Shown: positions 46,911 to 55,925 of the stretch, one piece after another
How the letters are laid out: each line of letters starts with the position of its first letter
Position numbering within the stretch: the stretch's first letter is position 1
From: an uncultured Gemmatimonadales bacterium
Lineage (GTDB): Bacteria; Gemmatimonadota; Gemmatimonadetes; Longimicrobiales; RSA9
Length of the DNA: 64,000 nt
Assembly (NCBI GenBank): GCA_963741945.1
Contig: CAVUKA010000006.1
Span: 96,001 to 160,000 of the forward strand
Reading direction: 5' to 3'
Translations under genes and position numbers: made by a program
Notes under the pieces: generated by a model
The model's database searches: none
The model's input: only the letters and a program-made list of their open reading frames with translations
Told to the model about the DNA's origin: nothing

Positions 46911-48515
46911 TCAGTGCATCTCCCAGTGGATGAACGGCTCTTCGACGTCCACCATGGCGTTCACGATGAGCTCCACGAGGCCGCCGTACGTGATGCCGCT
47001 CTTCTCCAGCGCGCCGTAGTAGTCCAGCATGTCCCGGATCTGACCCTTGCAGTTGGAGCACGGTGCGCACACGTACTTCTTCACGTCGGGTCCGGGCTGG
47101 TCCGCGAAGGCGTCCAGGATCTGCTTGAACTTCATGCGGCCGCCCACACTGACGCGCCAGTCCGTGAAGTTGTTCGGGCTCATGACCGCGAAGCCGCTCC
47201 CGCCGCCGCAGCAGTAGTTGTCCACGCCGTGGGGCGTCATCTCCCGGAACTGCGGGCAGAGGTAGCGCAGGATGCGCCGCTGCGGCTCGACGATGCCCAG
47301 GTTGCGGACGATGTTGCACGGGTCGTGGAGCGTGACGGGGAAGTCGTTCTTGGACGGGTCGAACTGGATCTTCCCGCTGAACACGATCTGCTCCAGCAGC
47401 GTGAAGCAGCTCTCGCGCGGCACCGACAGCTCCCCGGTGAGCACGCGGTCCGCGATGGTGACCAGGGCCTTGTGCTGGTGGCCGCACTCGCCCATGACGA
47501 TGCGGTTCACCTTCAGCTTCCTCGCCGTCTGCGCGTGCTTGAGCGCGATGCGGGCCAGCTGCATGTCGTCGTAGAAGAGGCCGTAATTCACCCCGTCGTA
47601 GCCCACTGGGTCCGATGCCAGTGTCCAGCTGACTCCGGCGGCGTTGAGGATGATGGCGAAGGCGCCGGGGTTCTCCGGCCACGCCAGGATCTCGCCCGCG
47701 TTGTGGATCAACAGGACGTCCGCCTCCTCCTCGTCGAAGGGCGTGTGCGCGTTCTGGCCCGTGGCCTCCTCCATGTCCTCATCGATGAACTCGATGTTGT
47801 CCTTCACCACCACCGGGTTCATCCCCGTCGAGCTGCCCACTTCGAGCTGCAGCACCGTCCCCTTCTCGTGCAGCTCCTTGGGCGCCCACCCCAGCTCCTG
47901 GCTGAACAGCTTGCGCAGCTCGTGCGTGATCAGCCCGTTGTCCACGCCGATGGGACACGTCTGCGCGCAGCGCCGGCACATCGTGCAGCGGTAGGCCAGC
48001 TCGTAGAGGCGCGTGATCGTCGCCCAGTTCAGCTCGATGTCCTCCCCCTTCAGCTTCGCCAGCGCCGCACTCCCCGGCTTCACGTACTTCCGCACCAGCC
48101 TGCGCAGCACTTCGGCCCGATAGGTGGGCCGGTACACCGGGTTGCGGCCACTCATGACGTACGTGGGGCAGGCCTCGTTGCACGTCTGGCACCCCACGCA
48201 GTACTCCGCCGACAGCGTCAGCGGCTGCAGGAACGTCCAGTTGTTCTCCTTCGAGAACAGCTTCTTCAGTCCCGCCTCGAAGCGATCCACGTACGCCTGC
48301 TTCTCCGCTTCCGACTCCGGCTGCGGAATGCTCACCCCGATCACGCCGTCCAGGTTGCACACCATCCGCTCGAGGGCCGCCGGCTGGATCTCCTTCCACG
48401 CCGGGTCCTCCACGTCGTACGGCGGAGGAAGCGGCGGCAGGTCCGCCACCGAAACCGGCGACAGCACCTCGGTCTCGCGCCGGCTGATGTCCTTCACACT
48501 CACCGGCTTGCTCAT
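46911..48515 (-). CDS. DsrK-like Fe-S/CCG protein (second DsrK paralog)
   Basis: CVGCQTCNEACP, CTMCRRCAQTCPIGVD, GECGH, HDPCN, YCCGGGSG, APCSNC. Confidence 0.82.
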   Translation of the reverse strand: MSKPVSVKDISRRETEVLSPVSVADLPPLPPPYDVEDPAWKEIQPAALERMVCNLDGVIGVSIPQPESEAEKQAYVDRFEAGLKKLFSKENNWTFLQPLTLSAEYCVGCQTCNEACPTYVMSGRNPVYRPTYRAEVLRRLVRKYVKPGSAALAKLKGEDIELNWATITRLYELAYRCTMCRRCAQTCPIGVDNGLITHELRKLFSQELGWAPKELHEKGTVLQLEVGSSTGMNPVVVKDNIEFIDEDMEEATGQNAHTPFDEEEADVLLIHNAGEILAWPENPGAFAIILNAAGVSWTLASDPVGYDGVNYGLFYDDMQLARIALKHAQTARKLKVNRIVMGECGHQHKALVTIADRVLTGELSVPRESCFTLLEQIVFSGKIQFDPSKNDFPVTLHDPCNIVRNLGIVEPQRRILRYLCPQFREMTPHGVDNYCCGGGSGFAVMSPNNFTDWRVSVGGRMKFKQILDAFADQPGPDVKKYVCAPCSNCKGQIRDMLDYYGALEKSGITYGGLVELIVNAMVDVEEPFIHWEMH

Positions 48516-49435
48516 TTCCCCACCTCCGACGTCGCTATGTCCACCCAATTCTTCGAGCCGTCCGCACCCACGTGCGTGGCCGACCACGTGACCCGCTGTT
48601 GCATGAGCTCGAGCACTTCCGACTCCAGCTTGCCGCCCACTTCCAGTGGCCGATCCTCCCAGCGCACCTGGTGGTACGTGAAATACTTCGCCACGAAGTG
48701 CATCATCTGACTGAACGGCAGATAGGCCAGGAACACACCGGCCACCAGGACGTGCGCTGCCAGCGGCGCCGGCACCGTGACCGACGCATCCGCCGTCAGC
48801 AGCGCCCCGGCCACCCCCAGCGCCCTCGCCCCGAACGACGGCACGGCCACCACGGCCCACACGCCCGTGCCGAACAGCGCCAGCAGGAGCAGCAGGTTGA
48901 AATAGGCCACCCTCGTGGTCATCGCCCGCAGGCTCCCCATCGCCATCCGGCTCACCAGCAGCCCCAGCGCCCCGATGCCGCCCAGCACGAAGCTCGCGCC
49001 GGCGAGCACCGTGAGCCCGGTGCCCACCACGGCCGACGTCGCCGCCGCCACACCCAGCAGTCCCAGCACTGCCGCCAGGACCGCGAGACCCGTCAGCGCC
49101 ATGAGCACGTACAGACCGAGGTGGAACGGGTACGACGACCACCAGAGCGGGCGGTTGTGCTCCCACAGCGCCTTGAGGAATACGATCTCTTTCGCCATGT
49201 ACCCGAGCTCGCCCGCCAGCGATTCCTCCCGCGGCTTCTTCCACCACTCGTACTCTTCCAGGTACGAGCCACCATAACGGCCGCGCCCCTTCTCCTTCGG
49301 TACGGGCGCCAGCTCCCAGCGCAGGTGCACCGGCAGCCGCGCCAGCCCCACGGATCGGACCAGGAACGCGACGAGGAACGTGCCGAGAAGGACGTATCCA
49401 GCAGCCAACAGCAGGGGACCGGGCATTGTCGTCAT
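48512..49435 (-). CDS. DsrM-like NarI-family cytochrome b (second DsrM paralog)
   Basis: PVHLRWELAPVP, GGSYLEE, SYPFH.G, AH...YLPFSQMMH; ATGA overlap with the DsrK-like gene. Confidence 0.8.
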   Translation of the reverse strand: MTTMPGPLLLAAGYVLLGTFLVAFLVRSVGLARLPVHLRWELAPVPKEKGRGRYGGSYLEEYEWWKKPREESLAGELGYMAKEIVFLKALWEHNRPLWWSSYPFHLGLYVLMALTGLAVLAAVLGLLGVAAATSAVVGTGLTVLAGASFVLGGIGALGLLVSRMAMGSLRAMTTRVAYFNLLLLLALFGTGVWAVVAVPSFGARALGVAGALLTADASVTVPAPLAAHVLVAGVFLAYLPFSQMMHFVAKYFTYHQVRWEDRPLEVGGKLESEVLELMQQRVTWSATHVGADGSKNWVDIATSEVGK

Positions 49436-49522
49436 CTCCGGAGCGCAGTGATGGTGCCGCTCACCGAAGCCCCCATGCGCGCGGCGCTGTCAAAGTTAAG
49501 AAGTCGCACACGTGCGCGGGCT

Positions 49523-49544
49523 AATCGTGGCAAACGTCACGATT
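49523..49544. promoter_or_regulatory. Predicted Rex operator (perfect 7-bp arms)
   Basis: AATCGTG-gcaaacgt-CACGATT in the dsrM-like/rex divergent region. Confidence 0.72.
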
Positions 49545-49614
49545 GGAGCTTGCAGCGTCGGCGCCACGGCGTCAAGTACCCCGTTCGCGGAGGGTCGCGA
49601 GGGGCGGGCCCGGG

Positions 49615-49636
49615 AATCGTGCCAAGTATCACGAGG
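49615..49636. promoter_or_regulatory. Predicted Rex operator (autoregulation)
   Basis: AATCGTG-ccaagtat-CACGAGG immediately upstream of TTGACC before rex. Confidence 0.62.
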
Positions 49637-49742
49637 GTTGACCTTTGGCTGCACTGGCGCCAGCATTGTCGGGGGTGAGAGCTCATGTCGCGCGGCCGCC
49701 AGCCCGTCGCGCGTGTCCTGATCATGGAGGCACTGAATACCC

Positions 49743-50435
49743 GTGGTTCGCCTGCGACGCGTGGTGCTCGAGCGACTGATCCGATACTACCGGTACCTGA
49801 CGGAAGTCACAGCCAGGCGGCCGCTTCAGACCGTCACGAGTGGCCAGCTGGCAGCGGTGCTGGACGTGGATGCCAGCCAGGTGCGCAAGGACTTCAGCGC
49901 CGTGGGGCTTGTGGGTGTCAGCCGGGTGGGCTACGACGTCTGCGAGGTCTGCCGTACGATCCGAAGCGAGCTGGGCTTCGACAACTCGTACGAGGCGGTG
50001 CTGGTGGGCGCGGGGCACCTGGGAGTGGCGCTGGCGAACTACGGCGGCTTCGAGCGTTACGGCCTGCGTGTGGTGGCCGTGTTCGACAGCAACCCCGACG
50101 TGGTCGGCCAGCCGATCGGCAATCTCATGGTGAAGTCGGTGCACGACCTCAAGGGCTTCGTCGAGCAGCGCCGTGTCCCCGCTGCCATCCTGACCACGCC
50201 GGCCAGCGTCGCCCAGTCGCTCGCCGACCTGCTCGTGATGTCCGGCGTCAAGGCCATCTGGAACTTCACCCCCACACGCCTCAACGTGCCCGACGACGTC
50301 CTCGCCAGGAACGAGCACATCTCCGTGGGCCTGGCCCAGATCTCGTTCCATCTCAACGGCGTCCTCGAAGGCGATCGACCCGGCAACCCCGTCGGGCTCT
50401 GCTGCGCCGAGAACGGGACGAAGCTGTCCCGGTAG
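49743..50435 (+). CDS. rex: Redox-sensing transcriptional repressor Rex
   Basis: RL..YYRYL, S.QLA...VDASQVRKDFS..G..G...VGY, LVGAGHLG Rossmann motif, AIWNFTP. Confidence 0.93.
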   Translation: MVRLRRVVLERLIRYYRYLTEVTARRPLQTVTSGQLAAVLDVDASQVRKDFSAVGLVGVSRVGYDVCEVCRTIRSELGFDNSYEAVLVGAGHLGVALANYGGFERYGLRVVAVFDSNPDVVGQPIGNLMVKSVHDLKGFVEQRRVPAAILTTPASVAQSLADLLVMSGVKAIWNFTPTRLNVPDDVLARNEHISVGLAQISFHLNGVLEGDRPGNPVGLCCAENGTKLSR

Positions 50436-50564
50436 CCCCGGCCCTGCCATCGCCAGCGACCGGGCCGCATCCGGACTTCCTCGCTCGCCACCCATACCCC
50501 CCGCATCCGCCTGCCGTTGGGCGACTTCTCTTTCCTCGGTCGTCAACCCCTGGCAAGGACCCCC

Positions 50565-50594
50565 TTGACAACCCCGATCCGGACCCCGTATAGA
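50565..50594 (+). promoter_or_regulatory. Sigma-70-type promoter of the apr-qmo-sat-dsr operon
   Basis: TTGACA-N18-TATAGA. Confidence 0.6.
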
Positions 50595-50597
50595 TCG

Positions 50598-50619
50598 ATT
50601 CGTGAATCTTATCTCGAAT
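50598..50619. promoter_or_regulatory. Predicted Rex operator overlapping the presumed +1 (one mismatch)
   Basis: ATTCGTG-aatcttat-CTCGAAT. Confidence 0.5.
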
Positions 50620-50773
50620 TCCGCCGACGCACCGCTGCACGCGGCCTTCCGGGATGAGATGATGGGTCTGCCGGCCCGTTGGACGCCGGACCCGACGGTG
50701 GATGCGGCCCCGCGCACGGCGCGCCGGGTGCGCGAAGGAAGCCGAGTTGGCGCAGTACGTTTTTTTTGCTGGT

Positions 50774-50795
50774 TTTCGTGATTGGTTTCACAAAT
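50774..50795. promoter_or_regulatory. Predicted Rex operator upstream of aprB
   Basis: TTTCGTG-attggttt-CACAAAT, the copy closest to the canonical TTGTGAA-N4-TTCACAA. Confidence 0.72.
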
Positions 50796-50842
50796 CGGGA
50801 TCCCCTCTGGCGCGCTGGCCCGCGCGGAAAGGACGAGAAGAC

Positions 50843-51310
50843 ATGCCGAGCTTCGTGATCCCGGACAAATGTGACGGCTGCAAGGCACTCGACAAGACTG
50901 CCTGCCAGTACATTTGCCCGAACGATCTCATGGTGTTGAACAAGGACACCATGAAGGCCTACAATCAGGACCCCTCGATGTGCTGGGAGTGCTACAGCTG
51001 CGTGAAGATCTGCCCGAACCAGGCGATCGAAGTGCGCGGCTACGCCGATTTCGTGCCGATGGGCGCGAAGGTGTCGGCGATGCGGAGCTCCGAGGACATC
51101 ATGTGGACGATTCAGTTCCGCGACTCTCAGATCCGGCCGAAGCGGTTCAAGTTCCCGATCCGCAGGGGCGTGTCCGAGGGACAGGCGGATCCGTTCGGTC
51201 ACTATTCCACAGGCGACAACGACATCAAGAGCCCGACCCTCATGTCCGAGCCGGAGGGGCTGAACACGGAACGTGGTCCGCTGAAGTTCGACGCGGTCCC
51301 GACGCTGTGA
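50843..51310 (+). CDS. aprB: Adenylylsulfate (APS) reductase beta subunit
   Basis: MPSFV..KCDGCK..KTACQYICPNDLM, CWECYSCVKICP, VRGYADF, FKFPIR. Confidence 0.97.
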   Translation: MPSFVIPDKCDGCKALDKTACQYICPNDLMVLNKDTMKAYNQDPSMCWECYSCVKICPNQAIEVRGYADFVPMGAKVSAMRSSEDIMWTIQFRDSQIRPKRFKFPIRRGVSEGQADPFGHYSTGDNDIKSPTLMSEPEGLNTERGPLKFDAVPTL

Positions 51311-51365
51311 TCGCGAGCGGTATGCGACGCGGGTATCGAAAGCGAATCCAAGGAGACAAGGGACA

Positions 51366-53294
51366 ATGGCGGACTTCGAGACTGTAGTCGTCGACACCGA
51401 CCTCCTGATCTGCGGGGGCGGGATGGCCGCGTGTGGCGCGGCCGTGGAGGCGTCGTACTGGGCGCAGCAGAACGGTCTGAAGGTGACCGTGGTGGACAAG
51501 GCGGCCATGGACCGTTCGGGAGCGGTGGCCATGGGGCTGAGCGCCATCAACCAGTACGTGGATCTGAACAGCGGGAAGAACACCCTGAAGGATTACTGCG
51601 ACTACGTGCGCAACGACCTGATGGGGATCACGCGCGAGGACCTGGTGGCGAGCATCGCGCGGCACGTGGATGACACGGTGCACCTGTTCGAGAAGTGGGG
51701 TCTTCCGATCTGGAAGGATCAGGAAGGCAACTTTGTGCACGAGGGTCGCTGGCAGCTGATGATCAACGGCGAGTCGTACAAGATCATCGTGGCCGAGGCG
51801 GCGAAGAACGCGCTGGCGAAGGCGAACGGTGAGTACTTCGAGCGCGTGTTCATCACGCACCCGCTGATGGACGGCAACAAGTGCGTGGGGGCGATCGGCT
51901 TCAGCGTGCGCGAGAACAAGGTGTATGTGTTCCGTGCGAAGGCGGTCCTCGCATCGATGGGCGGAGCGGTGCACGTGTTCAAGCCGCGGTCGACGGGTGA
52001 GGGCTTCGGCCGCAGCTGGTATCCGCCGTTCAACTCGGGCGCGAGCACGTTCTTCACGCTGTACGCGGGCGCCGAGCAGACGTGCCAGGAAGTGCGCTTC
52101 ATCCCGGTTCGGTTCAAGGACGCGTACGGCCCGGTGGGCGCGTGGTTCCTGCTGTTCAAGTCGATCGCGACGAACGCGTACGGCGGCAACTACATGAAGG
52201 ACAACGCCGCCGAGCTGGAGAAGTGGATGCCGTACGGCAGCGTCAAGCCGAGCCCGGCGAACATCCGCAACTGGCTGATGATGCTGGACGTGATGGATGG
52301 CAAGAGCCCGATCTACATGCAGACGGCCGAGGCCATCAAGCGTATCGCCGACACGGCGCCGGACGAGAAGGCGGCCGCGCGGAAGCTGAAGGAGCTGGAG
52401 GCGGAGGCGTGGGAGGACTTCCTGGACATGACGATCTCGCAGGCGATCCTGTGGGCCGCGTCGAACGTGGAGCCGGAGAAGAAGCCTTCGGAGATCATGG
52501 CATGCGATCCGTACTTCATTGGTTCGCACTCGGGCGCTTCGGGCGCGTGGGTGTCCGGTCCTGAGGACCTCCAGACGGCCGAGACGAAGGACGAGTACTT
52601 CTGGGGCTACCCCAACATGACGACGGTGGACGGGCTGTTCGCCGCCGGCGACGCGTCGGGCGCCTCCAGTCACAAGTTCTCGTCGGGCTCGTTCACGGAG
52701 GGTCGGATCGCAGGCAAGGCGGCGGTCGCCTACATCCTGGACCACAACCAGGCGCCGGAGGTGGACGCCGGCCAGGTCGAGGCGCTGAAGGACAAGATCC
52801 TCAAGCCGTTGAAGCTGTTCGAGGAGCACAAGGGCGCCACGACGGATCCGGAGATCAACCCGAACTACATCCGGCCGCGCCAGTTCATGTATCGGCTGCA
52901 GAAGATCATGGACGAGTACGCGGGTGGCGTGTCCTCGCAGTTCAAGACCAACGACAAGCTGCTTGAAAAGGGTCAGGAGCTGCTGGACTTCCTGAAGGAG
53001 GACGCCGATTCGCTGGCGGCCGAGAACCTCCACGAGCTCATGCGCTCGTGGGAGGCAGTCCACCGGATGTATCAGGGCGAGGCGCACGTGCGCTCGATCC
53101 TGTTCCGCGAGGAGACCCGCTGGCCGGGCTACTACTTCCGAGCGGACAAGCCGTCGATGGACAACGAGAACTGGCTGGCCTTCTGCAACTGTCAGTATGA
53201 CCGCACGACGGGCGAGTGGAAGATGATCAAGCGCCCGGTGAAGTACATCACGCAGGCATCACCGGCTGCGAAGCCGGAGATGGTGAACGCCTGA
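51366..53294 (+). CDS. aprA: Adenylylsulfate (APS) reductase alpha subunit
   Basis: GGGMAACG, RSGAVAMGLSAIN, WQLMINGESYK, RFKDAYGPVGAWFL, AWEDFLDM, HKFSSGS, REETRWPGYY. Confidence 0.97.
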   Translation: MADFETVVVDTDLLICGGGMAACGAAVEASYWAQQNGLKVTVVDKAAMDRSGAVAMGLSAINQYVDLNSGKNTLKDYCDYVRNDLMGITREDLVASIARHVDDTVHLFEKWGLPIWKDQEGNFVHEGRWQLMINGESYKIIVAEAAKNALAKANGEYFERVFITHPLMDGNKCVGAIGFSVRENKVYVFRAKAVLASMGGAVHVFKPRSTGEGFGRSWYPPFNSGASTFFTLYAGAEQTCQEVRFIPVRFKDAYGPVGAWFLLFKSIATNAYGGNYMKDNAAELEKWMPYGSVKPSPANIRNWLMMLDVMDGKSPIYMQTAEAIKRIADTAPDEKAAARKLKELEAEAWEDFLDMTISQAILWAASNVEPEKKPSEIMACDPYFIGSHSGASGAWVSGPEDLQTAETKDEYFWGYPNMTTVDGLFAAGDASGASSHKFSSGSFTEGRIAGKAAVAYILDHNQAPEVDAGQVEALKDKILKPLKLFEEHKGATTDPEINPNYIRPRQFMYRLQKIMDEYAGGVSSQFKTNDKLLEKGQELLDFLKEDADSLAAENLHELMRSWEAVHRMYQGEAHVRSILFREETRWPGYYFRADKPSMDNENWLAFCNCQYDRTTGEWKMIKRPVKYITQASPAAKPEMVNA

Positions 53295-53302
53295 CCGGTA
53301 TA

Positions 53303-53392
53303 CCCGGGCCGTGCGCCTGCGCGGCCCGGGGCCGGCGAGGGGGGACAGGCAACAGGGAGGCACTCTCCGGGCGGCGCATCGGTCGCCCGGAG
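53303..53392 (+). other. Two GC-rich stem-loops after aprA (mRNA-stabilising or attenuating)
   Basis: CCCGGGCCGTGC-gcct-GCGCGGCCCGGG (53303-53330) and CTCCGGGCGGC...GTCGCCCGGAG (53365-53392); no U tract. Confidence 0.45.
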
Positions 53393-53428
53393 GGGGCACC
53401 CGGGAAATCAGGGGAAGCGAGGCCGCTT

Positions 53429-53716
53429 ATGCCGGACACTCCATTGACCTGCCCGTATTGCGGGTCACGCATGAAGAAATGGCGCGTGCCCGACGGGACG
53501 AGTTGGGATGCGGAGTACTTCATGGTCTGTTTCGACGATGAATGCTCGTACTACCGCGACGGATGGACCTGGATGCGGGAGCAGTTCAGGCAGGAGGCCT
53601 CGTACCGCTACGCCGTGGACCCGCGCGAGGGTCAGCGCTGGATGATTCCCGTCTGGTCGCCCACCGCCACGAAGGAAATGATCGTGGAGGAGAGCGTGGA
53701 GGGAGCGGCGCAATGA
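53429..53716 (+). CDS. Small zinc-ribbon protein
   Basis: CPYC...CFDDEC; 95 aa; ATGA overlap with the next gene. Confidence 0.75.
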   Translation: MPDTPLTCPYCGSRMKKWRVPDGTSWDAEYFMVCFDDECSYYRDGWTWMREQFRQEASYRYAVDPREGQRWMIPVWSPTATKEMIVEESVEGAAQ

Positions 53717-54606
53717 CCCCGACGACGATATCCACGGTGGAAGGGGAGCACGCGAAGCTCCGGGAGCAGATTCTGGCGGAGCGTCCGCGCCTCGGCCGGG
53801 ACGACACCTTCCGCTTCGGCTGCCACGCGGGCGTGGCGTGCTTCAATCGCTGTTGCAACGACGTCAACATCTTCCTCTCCCCCTATGACGTGCTTCGCAT
53901 GCGCGAGCGTCTGGGGATGGGCTCCACCGAGTTCCTCGAGAAGCACACGCTGCTCCCCGTGCAGAAGGACATGAGGACTCCGGTCGTCGTGCTCCGGATG
54001 CGCGACGAGGAGGGGCACCCCTGTCCGTTCGTGGGGGCGGCCGGGTGCAGCATCTACGCGGACCGGCCGTGGCCGTGCCGCATGTACCCGCTGGGGCTCG
54101 CGACATCGAAGGACACGGCGGACGGCTGGAGGGGGGAGCGCTTCTACTTCCTCCTGGAGGAAGAGAAGTGTCTTGGTCACCGCGACGCGACGGAGTGGAC
54201 CGTCGACGGCTGGCTCGAGAACCAGGGTGTGGAGGAGTTCGACCGCTGGGGCGAGGCATACAAGGAGATGGCGCTGCACGACTACTTCGAGAAGGGCGGC
54301 GTCCTCAGTCCCGAAAAGATGGAGATGTTCTACACCGCCTGCTACGACCTGGACAAGTTCCGCACGTTCGTCTTCGAGACCTCGCTGCTGAAGAAGTTCG
54401 AGGTGGACGAGGACTTCGTCGACGAGATGCGCTACAGCGACGAGGCACTGCTTCGCTTCGGCTTCCTCTGGCTCCGCTTCAGCCTGTTCGGTGAGGCGAC
54501 CATGAAGATGCGCGAGGAGGCGGTCCGCGAAGCGCAGGACCGGCTGGAGCGACGCGTCATCCAGGACAGCAGGCGCACGCGCGCGGCGCAGGAAGGGGTG
54601 CGATGA
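53713..54606 (+). CDS. YkgJ family cysteine-cluster (Zn/Fe-S) protein
   Basis: FRFGCH..VACFNRCC, CPF....GCSIY.DRP.PCRMYP, C.G. Confidence 0.85.
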   Translation: MTPTTISTVEGEHAKLREQILAERPRLGRDDTFRFGCHAGVACFNRCCNDVNIFLSPYDVLRMRERLGMGSTEFLEKHTLLPVQKDMRTPVVVLRMRDEEGHPCPFVGAAGCSIYADRPWPCRMYPLGLATSKDTADGWRGERFYFLLEEEKCLGHRDATEWTVDGWLENQGVEEFDRWGEAYKEMALHDYFEKGGVLSPEKMEMFYTACYDLDKFRTFVFETSLLKKFEVDEDFVDEMRYSDEALLRFGFLWLRFSLFGEATMKMREEAVREAQDRLERRVIQDSRRTRAAQEGVR

Positions 54607-55925
54607 ACGGCAACGGCACGCGCGGCCGGATCCTGGTGATCGGAGGTGGGATCAGCGGGATCACGGCGGCCGTGGAAGCGTCGGAGGCCGGCGCGGAGGT
54701 GGTGCTGGTGGAGCGGGAGGCGTTCGTGGGCGGCCGTGTGGCGGCGCTCAACGAGTATTTCCCGAAGCTCTGCCCGCCGAGCTGCGGTCTCGAGATCAAC
54801 GTGCGGCGGATCAAGACCAGTCCGCGGATCCGGGTGCTGACGCTCTCGGAGGTCGAGAAGGTGACGGGGGAGCCCGGGAGCTACCGGGCCACGATCCGCA
54901 AGAACCCACGCTACGTGCGGGACAACTGCACGGCGTGCGGTGCGTGCGTGGATGCCTGTCCGGTGGAGCGGCCGGATGCCTACAACCTGGGCATGGGGAC
55001 GACCAGAGCGGTCTACCTCCCCCACGACATGGCGTATCCGTTCCGCTTCGCGATCGATGACAGCGTCTGCCCGGGCGAATCGTGCGGCAAGTGCGTGCCG
55101 GCGTGTCCGTTCGACGCCATCGACCTGGGAATGGAGCCCGAGACGCTGGAGCTGGACGTGAGCTCGGTGATCTGGGCCACGGGGTGGTCTCCGCCGGACG
55201 CGGAGAAAATCGAGGGCCTGGGCTTCGGCACGCATCCGGACATCATCACGAACGTCATGATGGAGCGCCTGGCCGCGCCGGCCGGTCCCACCGGCGGTGT
55301 GATCCGCAAGCGCTCCGACGGCGAGCCGATCCGGTCCATCGCCTTCGTGCAGTGCGCGGGCTCCCGGGACGAGAACTACCTGCGCCAGTGCTCCGGCGTG
55401 TGCTGCATGGCCTCCCTGAAGCAGGCCCGCTACGTCCGGGCGCAGTACCCGGATGCCGACATCTACGTCTTCTACATCGACATCCGCGCGCCCGGTCGGC
55501 TCGAGGACTTCTACCAGGCGTCGCAGGAGGACGAGAAGCTCCATCTCATCAAGGGGAAGGTGGCGAAAGTCACGCCGCTCCCCGACGGCGGGATCGAGGT
55601 GATGGCGGAGGACACGCTCTCGGGCGGCCGCGTCCACCAGGCCGTGGACATGGTGGTCCTCGCCACGGGCATGGCGCCCGTGGGCGCGGGTGGCACCGAG
55701 GTCGAGGGGGGCCTCCGCACGGATGACTTCGGGTTCTTCACCGTCGAGCAGCCGCAGGCCGGGCTGCTGGCGGCGGGGTGTGCGCGGCAGCCGCTGGACG
55801 TGGCCGCGTGCGTGAGAGACGCGACGGGGGCGGCGCTCAAGGCGCTCAGCTTCTGCGGGGCGGGACGTGAGTCAAGGGGGGCCGACGCCCAGGCTCCCGC
55901 GTTCTCGGAGGCGGGACGTGGATAA
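54603..55925 (+). CDS. qmoA: QmoA, HdrA-like FAD/Fe-S subunit
   Basis: GGGISG, YFPKLCPPSCGLEIN, QCAGSRDE, CSGVCCMASLKQ, LATGM; downstream of aprBA. Confidence 0.9.
   Translation: MNGNGTRGRILVIGGGISGITAAVEASEAGAEVVLVEREAFVGGRVAALNEYFPKLCPPSCGLEINVRRIKTSPRIRVLTLSEVEKVTGEPGSYRATIRKNPRYVRDNCTACGACVDACPVERPDAYNLGMGTTRAVYLPHDMAYPFRFAIDDSVCPGESCGKCVPACPFDAIDLGMEPETLELDVSSVIWATGWSPPDAEKIEGLGFGTHPDIITNVMMERLAAPAGPTGGVIRKRSDGEPIRSIAFVQCAGSRDENYLRQCSGVCCMASLKQARYVRAQYPDADIYVFYIDIRAPGRLEDFYQASQEDEKLHLIKGKVAKVTPLPDGGIEVMAEDTLSGGRVHQAVDMVVLATGMAPVGAGGTEVEGGLRTDDFGFFTVEQPQAGLLAAGCARQPLDVAACVRDATGAALKALSFCGAGRESRGADAQAPAFSEAGRG

Noticed and set aside
50608-50658. CTTATC...GATGAG pairing reminiscent of SAM-I riboswitch P1 upstream of aprB
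   Set aside because: Only ~35 nt lie between the strands, and the kink-turn, GCAACC and GTGC core elements are missing
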